A stretch of DNA of 64,000 nt, from NCBI GenBank assembly GCA_021733985.1, contig JAIPJT010000004.1:2923-66922 (forward strand), written 5' to 3'. The position numbers and the translations under genes were made by a program. Shown here piece after piece: positions 39,784 to 51,484 of this stretch. The notes beneath the pieces are model-generated. The model searched no databases and was not told where the DNA came from. It was given only the letters and a program-made list of their open reading frames with translations. Position 1 is the stretch's first letter. Each line of letters starts with the position of its first letter. The DNA is from Victivallales bacterium. GTDB taxonomy: Bacteria > Verrucomicrobiota > Lentisphaeria > Victivallales > GWF2-38-69.

Positions 39784-41592
39784 TTAATTGTTAGTTAACT
39801 CATCTTTACTTCTGTCTCTGATATGACGTTTAAATGGATTGTAGAAAAAACCGGACCATTCTAATTCCATATGGTTTGAAAACTCAAGTGTATTAAGCCT
39901 TATGCCATGTACAAGAACACCCATAAATGCAAGAGCAATATTCAGTAAATGTCCAAGAGCTATAATCAGCATTGCGAATACTAAAAACCAGGGGGAAAGT
40001 TCGTAGACCATTTTTCCCATATTATTAAAACTCATCGCAATATATAGAGTGGCGAGGCCGACTGCAAAAAGTCTTATATAGGATAATAAGTCAACGAAAC
40101 TGCCTATAAAATCAAATGGTGTATTGAAAATACTTCCGGCATCATTCCATTGAATATAGAACAATATTATAAGCACAAAGCCTATGCCGTATAGATAAAA
40201 TGCGATGGTAGGGAATTCCATTTTCGAGTAAACTATAAGTTTGAGTGCTGTAAAATAGTTTCCCCAGATAAATAAGCCCCATCCCAACTGTCCTAAGGCC
40301 TTGAGCTTGTTACTGTAGATTATAGTTTTCCAAACTCTTGCCAGGGATAAATGTATTGCACCAAGTGTAAAACAAATAAAAAGCATCGTATCGTTTTTTG
40401 TTTTGGGATTTGTCAAAGGCTTAAGCCCCTGCATATCTCCCGGCAGGACTTTATGAGGTAAACCGAAATATGTACAGGTCAATGCTCCCCATATAATTGT
40501 TGCAATACTTAGAACAAGAAACAGATTTAATGGAACCCGCATTTCTCTTTTTCTTTTGAATATAATTTTCAATGCTATACCGACAATCAGGAAAAGTATT
40601 CCATAACCGGCATCACCGACAATCATGCCGAAAAAGATGGTAAAAAAGAAAAGAAAGCATATACTTACATCCCATTCATTGTATCCGGGTGAAATCCCTA
40701 TAAACTTGAAAACTGGTCTAATTATTGAAAAAACTTTTGGAATATTTAATAAAGTTGGTACAGTATCATCTGCTGAAGGAGCCTCGAAGGTCGCAGCCCA
40801 TCCGCACTTCATTGCGGCACGAGAAATTCTATTCTTCTTTTTAGCCGGTATAAAGCCTGTAATATAGGTCAGGGTATCTGCTTCACCCATTCCATGTTTA
40901 TTATAGATGAATTCATACTGCTGCTGTATTTCCTTCTGATACAGTTTAATCTCATTTATAGACTGGGCAATACTTTGTAGTTCAGAAGTACAATCCTGTA
41001 TAACTTGTTTATTCTTCTCAATTTTTTCATCTAACTCAGCAAGAGATAATCTGGAAGACGGAAGGGATACAATGGGTAGTTCTTCTTTAGGCTGTTTGCT
41101 GTCCGATATGAGGGCAAAGTATGTTTTCTCTTTTACATGTTTAATAATTTCTACCGTACCATATTTTTCAAAGCTGCTTACATTTCTGTTGTTTGCAACG
41201 CATAGATAAACATGAACACCTTTTTCTTTAAGGGAATCAATTTGTGAAATAGAAAAATTCCCCCATGGTTCGAGAAGGGCTCGTTCTCTGTATAAATGGT
41301 TGAGGGTTTTTTTAGCCTCTGAAAGCCGGTCATAATTTTCCAAAGCCATTTTTGATAAGGCTCTGGGGCTTTTTTTAGAATAGGGATCAGCTTCAGCATT
41401 TTCATATTCGGATAATATATTGACAATTTTAATCTGTCTATCCAATGCCTGCTCTATATCAGTTAATATCTGGCTTTCGGGTTTCTGGATCTGATTAACA
41501 TGCAGAACACCGAGATTTCTTAAGCTAAGAAGTGTCTTTTCCCGATCTTCCTTTCTACAAATAATCGTAGTTTTAAGCATTTTTTCAATCAT
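39784..41592 (-). CDS. ntpI: V/A-type ATPase subunit I
   Basis: PGYNEWD, GDAGYG, DLLSYIRLFAVGLA, HGIRLNTLEF. Confidence 0.93.
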   Translation of the reverse strand: MIEKMLKTTIICRKEDREKTLLSLRNLGVLHVNQIQKPESQILTDIEQALDRQIKIVNILSEYENAEADPYSKKSPRALSKMALENYDRLSEAKKTLNHLYRERALLEPWGNFSISQIDSLKEKGVHVYLCVANNRNVSSFEKYGTVEIIKHVKEKTYFALISDSKQPKEELPIVSLPSSRLSLAELDEKIEKNKQVIQDCTSELQSIAQSINEIKLYQKEIQQQYEFIYNKHGMGEADTLTYITGFIPAKKKNRISRAAMKCGWAATFEAPSADDTVPTLLNIPKVFSIIRPVFKFIGISPGYNEWDVSICFLFFFTIFFGMIVGDAGYGILFLIVGIALKIIFKRKREMRVPLNLFLVLSIATIIWGALTCTYFGLPHKVLPGDMQGLKPLTNPKTKNDTMLFICFTLGAIHLSLARVWKTIIYSNKLKALGQLGWGLFIWGNYFTALKLIVYSKMEFPTIAFYLYGIGFVLIILFYIQWNDAGSIFNTPFDFIGSFVDLLSYIRLFAVGLATLYIAMSFNNMGKMVYELSPWFLVFAMLIIALGHLLNIALAFMGVLVHGIRLNTLEFSNHMELEWSGFFYNPFKRHIRDRSKDELTNN

Positions 41593-42196
41593 AATAAGCC
41601 TCCGCCAATTTTTTCTTAGCAATTTTAGAGCGGCCTACAGCTGCAGTCTGCTGGTCTCCGAGATATATCTGGATTTGCCTGATGTTTTCCCTGCATTCAG
41701 GTATTTTGACTTTTTCAAACAAGTTTACCCTTTGAGTGGTCGTCTGAAGTTCTTTATGTAACCTTATAAACTGTTCCTGCAGAATATCCCGTTCAATTCT
41801 AATTTCTAGTATAGACTTCAATATTTCAATACCGTCATCAATCCATGGGGTTTCAGCAAAAAGGTCATATTTTTTTATATTAAAATAGGTTTTATTATAT
41901 ACGGGAATTTTAACTCCGGCAATATTACTGAACTGGTAATCTATTTTGTCTATCGAAATAAAGTTTATAATCTTTTCATTTTCATCGTTCTTACCAAACA
42001 TAGAAATCCAGGACATAATATGCTGTTTTGCCTGTTCTTCTTTCCTTTTATTTTCCTCAACTCTCTGGAGGCTGAGTCGGGTTTCAAGTTGAAGCTGCTG
42101 TTTCTTTAATTGTAGTGTAGGTAGAAAACGCTGAAACTGCTTCAGAGAGTCTCTCTGAGTTTTCAGTTCACTTTTTGTCAATTTTATTTTAGGCAT
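41585..42196 (-). CDS. ntpD: V/A-type ATPase subunit D
   Basis: LPTLQLKK, TTQRVNLFEKVKIP. Confidence 0.93.
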   Translation of the reverse strand: MPKIKLTKSELKTQRDSLKQFQRFLPTLQLKKQQLQLETRLSLQRVEENKRKEEQAKQHIMSWISMFGKNDENEKIINFISIDKIDYQFSNIAGVKIPVYNKTYFNIKKYDLFAETPWIDDGIEILKSILEIRIERDILQEQFIRLHKELQTTTQRVNLFEKVKIPECRENIRQIQIYLGDQQTAAVGRSKIAKKKLAEAYYD

Positions 42197-42216
42197 TATT
42201 AGCTCCGATCATCTAA

Positions 42217-43515
42217 TTAAGCGTTTTCAGGCCAAAACTCCTTAATAAAGTCAGTTTTAATACCTGTCTCAGTTTTATCAAAACATTCGGCCAGAGTTTT
42301 CCATCCTAAGTCGAGCGCTTCTTCGAGTGGGATATTAACAGACAGGTCCATCATTCTGGATTCAAACATTTCTCCATATTTAAGAAGTTTATTGTCCCAG
42401 TTAGTCATTTGGAAGCCCATTGACTGCTTTTCACAGGTACTCTTATAATCAGCGTATAACCGTACCATAGTGTCCATGATAACACGATGGTCTTTTCTTG
42501 TTTTGTCATTTACCTGCTGTTTAAGACGGCTTAGAGAACCGAAGGGTTCTATCCTTCCATTCTTAAGATAGAACTGGCCTTCTGTTATATATCCAGTATT
42601 GTCCGGCACCGGATGCGTTACATCATCACCAGGCATAGTTGTAGCTGCCAGGATTGTAATAGAACCCGCATCATCAAAGTCTACAGCTTTTTCATAGCGT
42701 GCTGCCAGCTGGCTGTAAAGGTCACCGGGGTAACCACGGTTTGACGGGATCTGTTCCATTGTAATAGCAATTTCTTTAAGTGCATCAGAATAATTTGTCA
42801 TATCAGTCATTAGAACGAGTACATCTTTTCCTTCCAATGCATAACTTTCAGCTACAGCAAGTGAAACATCCGGTACAAGCAGACATTCTACAATAGGGTC
42901 AGCTGCAGTATGAATAAACATAAGTGATCTGGAAAGAGCACCGTGTTCATCAAGAGTGTTTTTGAAATATAAATAGTCGTCGTATTTCAGGCCCATTCCA
43001 CCAAGAATTATTATATCAACTTCAGCCTGCATTGCTATTCTTGCAAGAAGATCGTTGTATGGTTCACCGGCAACAGAAAAGATAGGAATTTTTTGTGACA
43101 CGACAAGTGAATTGAAAACATCTATCATCGGAATACCGGTTCTAACCATTCTCTGTGGAATGATTCTTTTAGCCGGGTTAACAGAAGGACCGCCGATTTC
43201 TATTAAATCTTCAGTAATTTCGGGGCGATTGTCACGAGGACGGCCTGCACCGTTAAAAACTCTGCCCAGTAGATTGTCCGAGGATGAAATCTGCATAGGT
43301 TTTCCGAGAAAACGAACTTCATCATTTGTAGAGACTCCGCGGCTTCCTGCGAAAACCTGAAGATACACCTTATTGTCCTGAAGTCTTATAACCTGTGCAA
43401 GAGAGACTCCGCGTTTACTGGTGACTTCCGCAAGATCATTATATGCTACATTTTCGGCTTCAACTGTAATAACATTTCCGGCAACCTGTATTATTTTATG
43501 ATATACCTTACGCAT
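42217..43515 (-). CDS. ntpB: V/A-type ATPase subunit B
   Basis: [33 protein letters not shown]. Confidence 0.95.
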   Translation of the reverse strand: MRKVYHKIIQVAGNVITVEAENVAYNDLAEVTSKRGVSLAQVIRLQDNKVYLQVFAGSRGVSTNDEVRFLGKPMQISSSDNLLGRVFNGAGRPRDNRPEITEDLIEIGGPSVNPAKRIIPQRMVRTGIPMIDVFNSLVVSQKIPIFSVAGEPYNDLLARIAMQAEVDIIILGGMGLKYDDYLYFKNTLDEHGALSRSLMFIHTAADPIVECLLVPDVSLAVAESYALEGKDVLVLMTDMTNYSDALKEIAITMEQIPSNRGYPGDLYSQLAARYEKAVDFDDAGSITILAATTMPGDDVTHPVPDNTGYITEGQFYLKNGRIEPFGSLSRLKQQVNDKTRKDHRVIMDTMVRLYADYKSTCEKQSMGFQMTNWDNKLLKYGEMFESRMMDLSVNIPLEEALDLGWKTLAECFDKTETGIKTDFIKEFWPENA

Positions 43516-45241
43516 TTGTACTCTCCTTAAGTTTTCTGTCAATCGATTGTTCGAGTTCTTTAAACTCGTTGCTGCCCATCTTTGCATAATTCCAGTCAAT
43601 GTACAGCTGGCGGAGTTCCATAAAAAATTTTCTTACAGAATCTTTATCTTCAAATTTCATCTCGGTTTTGAGTATATTCATTACTTTGTCAAACATATGT
43701 TTCTGGCGTTTTTCATTTGTAGCGCCATCAACACTGTCAAATGTGTTTTGCTGCAGATAAACTGAATCAATAAATTCACTTTTCAGATAAATCATGAAAT
43801 CGTCAATGCTTGTTCCTTCTTCACCGACGACTTTCATCATCTGATTAACTTCATTTCCTCGTTGGAGAGTTTTTCTTGCAGTTTCGAGTGCTTCCGGAGC
43901 AGCAATACTGTTATATTTACTCCAGCTGTCAAGTGGATGTATTGAAGGGAATCTTCTGGCTTCTGCACGTTCACGGGAAAGTCCAAGGAAAGCCCCTACT
44001 ACTTTTAATGTTGCCTGTGTTACGGGTTCTTCAAAATTACCGCCTGCTGGGCTGACTGAACCGCCGATAGTAACGGAACCTGACTCACCGTTATTCAGTT
44101 TAACGAGACCTGCCCGTTCATAAAAACCTGCTATAAGAGATTCGAGGTAAGCAGGGAATCCTTCTTCGCCCGGAATCTCTTCGAGTCTGCCGGACATTTC
44201 ACGAAGGGCCTGGGCCCATCTGGATGTTGAATCAGCGAGGAGAAGCGTGTTAAGCCCCATTTGCCTGTAGTATTCGGCCATTGTAACTGCGGTATAAACA
44301 GAAGCTTCACGCGCTGCAACAGGCATTGAGCTTGTATTGCATATAATAATGGATCTTTCCATTAAAGTTTTTCCGGTTCTCGGGTCTTCAAGGTGTGGGA
44401 ATTCCTTAAGAATTTCTACAACTTCCCCAGCTCGTTCACCGCAGGCTGCGATAACAACGATATCAGTTTGGGCATGCTGACTTATTGCATGCTGAAGAAC
44501 GGTTTTGCCGGCACCGAAAGGCCCTGGTGTACAGAAAGTTCCTCCAACAGCTACCGGAAAAAAGGTATCAATAATTCTTTGCTGTGTAATTAATGTATCT
44601 TCCGGTAGATATTTTTCTTTATATGCGTTTATGGGGATTTTTACCGGCCAGTTCTGGACCATTTTTATTTCTAATACTTCCCCTTTCTCATTTTCAGCTT
44701 TTCCGATAATATCATCTAAGGTATATTCACCAGATTCAGCAATCTCTGTTATAGTCCAGTTTCCCTGTGCGGAAAACGGGAAAGATATATAGTGAGTATA
44801 AATTCCCTCAGGTACATGCCCTACATAATCCCCGGCTTTTATTTTGTCATCCTTTTTGGCTGTAGGAGTAAATTCCCATTTTGTTTCTCTGTCAAGAGGC
44901 TGCATGTATACACCTCTTTCAAGAAAGAAACCTGATTCTTCTGCAAGGTTATCTAACGGATTCTGGAGCCCGTCATAAACCATTGTCAAAAGTCCCGGCC
45001 CGAGTTCTACACTTAATAAGTTATCAGTAAATTCGATAACGTCGTTAATCTTTAATCCTGACGTTGATTCAAATACCTGCAGGTCTGCTTTGTTGCCATT
45101 TACACGAATAACTTCGCATTTCAGTTTTTTATCACCGATAATAGCGAATGCTACTTCGTTCTGTGTTACAAAAGTGTCAAACCTGACAGTGATCATGTTG
45201 CCATTAATACCAACTATATGGCCTCGATTATTATCCAGCAT
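43508..45241 (-). CDS. ntpA: V/A-type ATPase subunit A
   Basis: [36 protein letters not shown]. Confidence 0.96.
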   Translation of the reverse strand: MLDNNRGHIVGINGNMITVRFDTFVTQNEVAFAIIGDKKLKCEVIRVNGNKADLQVFESTSGLKINDVIEFTDNLLSVELGPGLLTMVYDGLQNPLDNLAEESGFFLERGVYMQPLDRETKWEFTPTAKKDDKIKAGDYVGHVPEGIYTHYISFPFSAQGNWTITEIAESGEYTLDDIIGKAENEKGEVLEIKMVQNWPVKIPINAYKEKYLPEDTLITQQRIIDTFFPVAVGGTFCTPGPFGAGKTVLQHAISQHAQTDIVVIAACGERAGEVVEILKEFPHLEDPRTGKTLMERSIIICNTSSMPVAAREASVYTAVTMAEYYRQMGLNTLLLADSTSRWAQALREMSGRLEEIPGEEGFPAYLESLIAGFYERAGLVKLNNGESGSVTIGGSVSPAGGNFEEPVTQATLKVVGAFLGLSRERAEARRFPSIHPLDSWSKYNSIAAPEALETARKTLQRGNEVNQMMKVVGEEGTSIDDFMIYLKSEFIDSVYLQQNTFDSVDGATNEKRQKHMFDKVMNILKTEMKFEDKDSVRKFFMELRQLYIDWNYAKMGSNEFKELEQSIDRKLKESTNA

Positions 45242-45326
45242 AATGGATTCTCCTCACTGTTGCTTTATATATTATTTTATTCATCATTAGTTTTCCGTGG
45301 AGTAAAAAAAAACAGAACAGGGCTGT

Positions 45327-45881
45327 TTAAACAATCTCCAGAATATCTCCTTTATATAGTTCATTAAGAGCTTTTTCAAAATTATTCTTTCCCCTGTCGG
45401 TAGTTCGATGAAGCCATTTTTCACAGAGCTGCAGCTTTAATTTATAAATACATAGCAGATCCAGATCAAAAATATGACATGCTTCAAGGCTATTGAGAAA
45501 GACCCATCTTTGTTCATCTAAAACCTTTTCCTTTTGAAGAGGTGTTTCAGCGCTTAAAGCTTCCTGTACTACACGATCGACTTCGGAAAAGTAATCATAT
45601 TCTTCGCGGAGGTATAATGTCTGGTCAAGGTCAAGTTTTGTTGAACGATGCCTGACTAAACGGTTTCTCAAGCAGGTTTCCCAGTTATACCATCTTTCAG
45701 TAGTAGTGATTGAATGGTTCGGTGATTTTTTGGGCTGGACATCTGTCTCTTTTAATATTTCCATTTCATTTACTGTCAACCATTCTTCACAGTTTAAAAG
45801 AAAGGTATCCATATCTACTTCTAACTCGTCCCATAGATATATTGACGGCAGACTACTTATAAGATAGTAAAATTTAGACAT
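45327..45881 (-). CDS. DUF2764 family V/A-ATPase subunit (C-like)
   Basis: YYLISSLP, LRNRL, YKLKL; located between subunits E and A. Confidence 0.8.
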   Translation of the reverse strand: MSKFYYLISSLPSIYLWDELEVDMDTFLLNCEEWLTVNEMEILKETDVQPKKSPNHSITTTERWYNWETCLRNRLVRHRSTKLDLDQTLYLREEYDYFSEVDRVVQEALSAETPLQKEKVLDEQRWVFLNSLEACHIFDLDLLCIYKLKLQLCEKWLHRTTDRGKNNFEKALNELYKGDILEIV

Positions 45882-45899
45882 ATTATACAGCTTCCTTTT

Positions 45900-46502
45900 T
45901 TATTTTATAACTGAAGCGAGTCTGGGGCCAACATATTCGCATACAATATCAGTCAATGCTTCATCTGAAAAATCAAAAAATACATCAGAACCTTTAAAGC
46001 CGATTTTCATGCCTGTTGCAAAATCGTGACCTGTAAATACTTCAGGTTTTTCCTCGAAAGAGTCAAGAAAGCTTTTTTTAAGTTTATCCACTATTTCATT
46101 TAACTCCTTTTGAGGGAAAATCAACTTCATTGATGCTTCTTTCCCTGAAGTTTCAATATAATGCTCAGACATTTTTTTGATAATTTCCCCCATAAGTTCG
46201 GGTGTTAAAGCTTCTGAGATTAGATCTTTAATGCAGTTACGCATTCTTTCCTGTAGGGTAGAGTTAAGTTCTATGATGATATCCCTCGCAGCCTGTTTTA
46301 TAGAGGACTTGGCACGTTCTTCATTTTTCTTTGCATCTTCAGACGCTTTTTTCAGAATTGAATCTGCCTCCTCTTTTGCCCCCTGAACAATATCCTCAGC
46401 TTCTTTTTGTGCATTTTTAATAATGTCAGCTTTTTCTGTTTCAGCTTTTTTTATACCTTCTTCATTGATTCTATTAAGAAGTCCCTGCAATTCTTCAGCC
46501 AT
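45900..46502 (-). CDS. ntpE: V/A-type ATPase subunit E
   Basis: LQGLLNRINEEG coiled coil, DFSDEAL; first gene of the operon. Confidence 0.88.
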   Translation of the reverse strand: MAEELQGLLNRINEEGIKKAETEKADIIKNAQKEAEDIVQGAKEEADSILKKASEDAKKNEERAKSSIKQAARDIIIELNSTLQERMRNCIKDLISEALTPELMGEIIKKMSEHYIETSGKEASMKLIFPQKELNEIVDKLKKSFLDSFEEKPEVFTGHDFATGMKIGFKGSDVFFDFSDEALTDIVCEYVGPRLASVIK

Positions 46503-46829
46503 ACTTACTCCTTTAATTATTTGTATATAAAATTTAATCTAAGGTGTATTTTGATATCCAAATTAATGTCGCAATTTTGATATTAAATTTTTCTCTAATC
46601 TAAAGGGAATAATACTAATTTTACATAAGTTCTTTTAGATTGTAAAGATTTGTAAGAAAAAAAATATAAAAATTTGTTTTGAATAAAATACTTTTTACAA
46701 AATTGAAAAAGTTTTGAAGTTATTTACTTACTTCAAATTATTGTTTTTTTCAAGAATGAATGTAATTTTTATGTTCAAATATAATTTTTTATATGATTTA
46801 CAATAATTTAAATATTTATGGAGTTTATT

Positions 46830-47684
46830 ATGTGGAATTATACAGATAAAGTGATGGAACATTTCCTTAATCCCAGAAACGTAGGCAAAGTTGATAATCC
46901 TGACGGAGAAGCAATAGTTGGAAATCTCAGTTGTGGCGATGCGCTAGAAATTTCTTTCAGTCTTGATGAGAATAAAAAAATAAAAGATGTAAAATTTAAG
47001 ACTTTCGGCTGCGGCAGTGCTATTGCTTCTTCTTCTGTGCTTACAGAAATGGTAAAAGGTAAGACACTTGAGGAAGCGGAAAAAATTACGAATCATGATA
47101 TAGTGGATAAACTGGGCGGATTACCGGATAAAAAAATTCACTGTTCTGTAATGGGTACTGATGCTTTGCATGCTGCCATAGCTAATTATCGCGGTGAAAA
47201 ACCGAAAGATACTAATGAAACCAAATATGAAGGGACTGTGGTTTGTCATTGTTTTGATGTGACTGATGTCAAAATTAGGGAGCTTGCAAAAGAGAATAAC
47301 TTAAAAACTGTGGATGAAATAACAGATTACTGCAAAGCCGGAGGTTCATGCGGAGAGTGCAGAGAAGAAATTAAGCAAATTCTTGACGGGCTCTGGAAAA
47401 GGGAAAAGGAAACCAGTGGAAAGGATATTTCGAATCAGAAAACAGTACTGACGTTTGCACAGAAAGTGATGAAAGTACAGGAGGTTATAGAACAGGAAAT
47501 ACGGCCTGCCTTAGAGAGAGACGGTGGGAGTATCGAATTTATTGATTTATCAAAGGATACAGTAGTAGTCAGGCTCAAAGGAAGATGCGCAAGCTGCCCG
47601 AGCTCAAAAGTTACTATTAAAACTTTTGTTGAGAAAAAATTAAAAGAACTTGTTTCTGAAGAACTAAAGGTTGAACAGGAGTAA
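46830..47684 (+). CDS. nifU: Three-domain Fe-S scaffold NifU
   Basis: IscU-like domain (CGD, FGCGSA, KIHCS), BFD-like CHC...CGEC, Nfu domain RPALERDGG...CASC. Confidence 0.93.
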   Translation: MWNYTDKVMEHFLNPRNVGKVDNPDGEAIVGNLSCGDALEISFSLDENKKIKDVKFKTFGCGSAIASSSVLTEMVKGKTLEEAEKITNHDIVDKLGGLPDKKIHCSVMGTDALHAAIANYRGEKPKDTNETKYEGTVVCHCFDVTDVKIRELAKENNLKTVDEITDYCKAGGSCGECREEIKQILDGLWKREKETSGKDISNQKTVLTFAQKVMKVQEVIEQEIRPALERDGGSIEFIDLSKDTVVVRLKGRCASCPSSKVTIKTFVEKKLKELVSEELKVEQE

Positions 47685-47702
47685 AACTTAACCACTGGAT
47701 TT

Positions 47703-48548
47703 TCAGTTATTAACTTGTAACTTTTTCAGATATTTTATATCATCAGTATTCATGCCGTTGACAAGTTTATGATTTTTATATGCATTTATAAACCACGCAG
47801 TACCGATAATTATCATAGGGAAGGATAGTACCTGTCCCATTGTCAGCCAACCCCAGGCCAGATACCCTAATTGCGGATCAGGCGCTCTTACAAACTCAAC
47901 TGCAAATCTGAAGATACCGTAGAGTAATAGAAATAAACCTGAAACAGCCATTCTCGGCCTGGTTTTTCTGGAGTAAAACCATAAAATTATAAACAGTACT
48001 ATACCTTCTAACAAAAATTCGTAGAGCATTGAGGGGTGCCTGGGTAATTGTGCAGGATCTGTCGGGAAAACCATAGCCCAGGGGATGGTAGTTGTTTTAC
48101 CCCAGAGTTCACCGTTTATAAAGTTTCCAATTCGTCCGGCTCCTAATCCTATAGGCACAAAAGGGACTATAAAATCACCAACCTGAAAAAGATTCTTCCT
48201 GTTTTTTTTTGCAAATATAATAAATGCTGTAATTACACCTATTAATCCGCCGTGAAACGACATGCCTCCATCCCAGACTTTAATTATTTCCGAAGGATTA
48301 GATAAATAATATGGAAGATTATAAAAAACAATGTATCCTAAACGTCCGCCTAATAAAACCCCTATAATACCATAAAAAATTAAATCTGAAAGTTGTTCTG
48401 AAGTCCAGAGGCCTTTTGATTTTCTTACTCTGATTGATGCGCAGAGCCAGATTAATATGAATCCAATTAAATACATTACTCCATACCAATGTATTTTTAT
48501 CGGCCCAAGTTTTAAAAGGACAGGGTTAATGTCAGGGTATTTTATCAT
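47703..48548 (-). CDS. lgt: Prolipoprotein diacylglyceryl transferase
   Basis: [38 protein letters not shown]. Confidence 0.97.
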   Translation of the reverse strand: MIKYPDINPVLLKLGPIKIHWYGVMYLIGFILIWLCASIRVRKSKGLWTSEQLSDLIFYGIIGVLLGGRLGYIVFYNLPYYLSNPSEIIKVWDGGMSFHGGLIGVITAFIIFAKKNRKNLFQVGDFIVPFVPIGLGAGRIGNFINGELWGKTTTIPWAMVFPTDPAQLPRHPSMLYEFLLEGIVLFIILWFYSRKTRPRMAVSGLFLLLYGIFRFAVEFVRAPDPQLGYLAWGWLTMGQVLSFPMIIIGTAWFINAYKNHKLVNGMNTDDIKYLKKLQVNN

Positions 48549-48551
48549 AAT

Positions 48552-50417
48552 TTATCCGTAAGAAAGAATATCTATATTATCCAATATTTTTTCTGCGATT
48601 CGTTCTGGAGTCAGTCCCATTTTCTTCTTTATCCCGCCGGGAGTCCCGTGAGGTATAATATTGTTGCTATATCCGAAATGGAGTATTTCTTTGTGATCAA
48701 TGTTTATCAACGTTTCATCAACTGTAGAAGCCAACCCTCCTGATTTTCTGTTGTCTTCAATTGTAACTACAGGCATTTTTTGTGCAGTGTTTATTAGTTT
48801 CTCCTCATCGAAGGGTCTGATGAACCTCGTATTTACTATATTAATTTCCACTTTAGAAAAGGTATTGATAATATTTTTAACTTTAAGTGCTGTCAGGAGC
48901 TCTCCTCCAGTTGCCCATATCGACAGGTCCTGTCCTTCTGTTATATCTAATGCCTTTCCCCATTTAATTTTTTTATCAGTATTTTGAAATTTTGAAATTT
49001 TATCCTTAGAGTATTTAATAATAACCGGGGCTGCTTTTTCATATGCTTCGAACAACATGTTTTCCAGTTCAATTTTATCAGCGGGATAAAGTATTGATAT
49101 GTTTGGAAGGGACCTGATATAGCTAAGGTCATTTACGCCGTGGTGTGTCGGCCCGTCTGCTACAATGCCGGCACGGTCGGCACATATTATTAACGGCAGT
49201 CCCTGTAGGCAGATATCATGGAAAAGGCATCCCAAAGAGCGTTGAAGAAAAGTTGAATAAACTGCAAATACTGGCCTTAATCCTTTGGCGGCCAGTCCTG
49301 CTGCAAAAACAGTGGCATGTTCTTCTGCAATTCCGACATCAAAAAACCTGTCGGGAAATTTTTGGGCAAACTTGTCCATTCCGGTTCCGGATTTCATTGC
49401 TGCTGTAATTCCAACAATCTCACGGTGTTTATCAGCCAATTTGACTAAAGAATGTCCGAACGCTTCTGAAAAAGTTAAATGTTTGGATGATTTTGATTTA
49501 CCCGTTTTCAGTTCAAATCCGCTGAGGCCGTGGAATTTTTCAGGATAAAGCTCGGCAGGTTTATACCCTTTTCCTTTGGTTGTCAAAACATGAACGACTA
49601 CCGGTGAATCAAATTCCTTAATCAGCTCAAACGTCTGTAAAAGGAGTTTTAGGTTATGCCCGTCAATGGGGCCTATATATCTTATTCCAAGTTCCTCGAA
49701 AAAAACTCCCGGGACAAGAAGACTTTTTGCTGCTTCTTCAATTTCGCCGATTGTTTTTCTGATTTTATTTCCGTAACGGGGTATTTTTAGTATAGTTCTT
49801 TTGAAAAAATTTCTTGTTTTATTGTAGCCGCGTTTAAGGATTATTCTATTCAGATATGAAGTCATACCCCCGACATTTTTGGAAATAGACATTTTATTAT
49901 CATTGAGAACTAAAATTAAGTCTTTGGTTGTTTCTGAAATATTATTTAATCCTTCAAATGTAATACCGTTTGTGAGGGAACCGTCACCTATAACCGATAT
50001 AATTTTTTCTTTTCCGCCCTGTCTGTCTCTTGCAACTGCCATACCGAGAGCTGCAGAAACTGCAGTGCCGGCATGTCCGGCATAAAAGCAGTCGTATTCT
50101 GATTCTTTCGGACTTGTAAAACCGCAGCATCCGTTATCTTTACGAAGTGTGTTAAAGAAAAAATTACGGCCGGTAATTAATTTGTGAGCGTAAGTTTGAT
50201 GGCTTACATCCCACAGGATTTTGTCTTTCGGTGTATTGAATATGTAGTGCATAGCAACAGTAAGTTCAACTACACCAAGATTTGGAGCTGTATGACCGCC
50301 GTTTACGGAAGTGACCTCTATAATTTTATTTCTGATTTCTTTGCACAGCGTAATTAATTCCGAGTTGTTGAGCTTTCTGGCATCTTCAGGACTATTTATA
50401 AAACCTAATATACTCAT
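48552..50417 (-). CDS. dxs: 1-deoxy-D-xylulose-5-phosphate synthase
   Basis: GGH..NLGVVELT, DVSHQ, GDGSLT..E.LNN, DVGIAEEHA, DGPTHHG. Confidence 0.96.
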   Translation of the reverse strand: MSILGFINSPEDARKLNNSELITLCKEIRNKIIEVTSVNGGHTAPNLGVVELTVAMHYIFNTPKDKILWDVSHQTYAHKLITGRNFFFNTLRKDNGCCGFTSPKESEYDCFYAGHAGTAVSAALGMAVARDRQGGKEKIISVIGDGSLTNGITFEGLNNISETTKDLILVLNDNKMSISKNVGGMTSYLNRIILKRGYNKTRNFFKRTILKIPRYGNKIRKTIGEIEEAAKSLLVPGVFFEELGIRYIGPIDGHNLKLLLQTFELIKEFDSPVVVHVLTTKGKGYKPAELYPEKFHGLSGFELKTGKSKSSKHLTFSEAFGHSLVKLADKHREIVGITAAMKSGTGMDKFAQKFPDRFFDVGIAEEHATVFAAGLAAKGLRPVFAVYSTFLQRSLGCLFHDICLQGLPLIICADRAGIVADGPTHHGVNDLSYIRSLPNISILYPADKIELENMLFEAYEKAAPVIIKYSKDKISKFQNTDKKIKWGKALDITEGQDLSIWATGGELLTALKVKNIINTFSKVEINIVNTRFIRPFDEEKLINTAQKMPVVTIEDNRKSGGLASTVDETLINIDHKEILHFGYSNNIIPHGTPGGIKKKMGLTPERIAEKILDNIDILSYG

Positions 50418-50423
50418 GTTTCT

Positions 50424-50999
50424 TTAGTTTTGAATTTTAATAAAATTTCGCAGAAGTTTATGGCCGAATTCAGTTAAAATGGATTCGGGATGAAACTGTA
50501 CACCGTAAATGGGTAAATTTTTATGCTGGATACCCATAACTATACCGTCTATAGTTTTAGCTGTAACTTTTAAGCAGTCCGGTATGGAGGAAGGGGAAAT
50601 AATTAACGAATGATATCTTGTGGCACTGTATGGAGATGGAATATCATCAAAAATTCCTTCATTATTGTGATATATTTTAGAAGTTTTACCGTGCATTAAT
50701 TCCGGTGCATGTACAATATTAGCCCCGAAAACATCACCAATCGATTGAAACCCCAGGCAAACTCCCAGAACAGGAAGCTCTTTATCTGCAAGCTTTTCAA
50801 TTAGGCTGCATGATATGCCTGCCTGTTTGGGGGTACATGGTCCCGGCGAAATTACGACTTTGTCAAATTTTTCATTCTCCATGATGAAATCTGCAGAAAC
50901 CGCGTTATTTCTTATTACATTTACGTCCTGGTTCAATTCTCTGAAATATTGAACTATGTTATATGTGAATGAGTCGTAATTGTCTATCATTAATATCAT
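50424..50999 (-). CDS. trpG: Anthranilate/aminodeoxychorismate synthase glutamine amidotransferase component
   Basis: IDNYDSFTYN, SPGPC, GVCLG, RYHSL, QFHPES; could equally be pabA. Confidence 0.88.
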   Translation of the reverse strand: MILMIDNYDSFTYNIVQYFRELNQDVNVIRNNAVSADFIMENEKFDKVVISPGPCTPKQAGISCSLIEKLADKELPVLGVCLGFQSIGDVFGANIVHAPELMHGKTSKIYHNNEGIFDDIPSPYSATRYHSLIISPSSIPDCLKVTAKTIDGIVMGIQHKNLPIYGVQFHPESILTEFGHKLLRNFIKIQN

Positions 51000-51484
51000 T
51001 GATACTTATCCATTAGGTATAAAGAAAAAAAGCTAATATATAATATTATTTCGGACTGCTATTTACTGAGATTAGTTATTCTTATATTATTTTTATCATT
51101 ATAAATAGATTAAAACTACTTTAATAAATACATTTTTAGACAAAAAAATCAAGATTCCATATTATGATATGTTTAATAAAAATTATTTGCTGAATATATG
51201 GTTAATGATAATATGGAAATATTGAAAAATATACTATATTGCAATATCTTATAATAAGATAGATTAATACGAAAAGCCTTCAAAATCCGGGGCCTGAAAA
51301 AAAATGGACTTCCGAATTTGCCGGGCCGCTAAGGCCGCCAAATATTTTTTTCCGTTGAATATCTATATTATATAGAGATAAACGCAGGAATTAAGGATAA
51401 TCCGCTATAGGCGGAATGTACTTTTGTATAAGGCTTAAAAAAAGCATTTCGATAATAATAATATAAAATTGGGATTACAACACA

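Noticed and set aside
51265-51345. GC-richer segment faintly like a c-di-GMP-I riboswitch second stem
   Set aside because: The GGCAAA/GAAA-tetraloop first stem is missing; an Rfam search would be needed.
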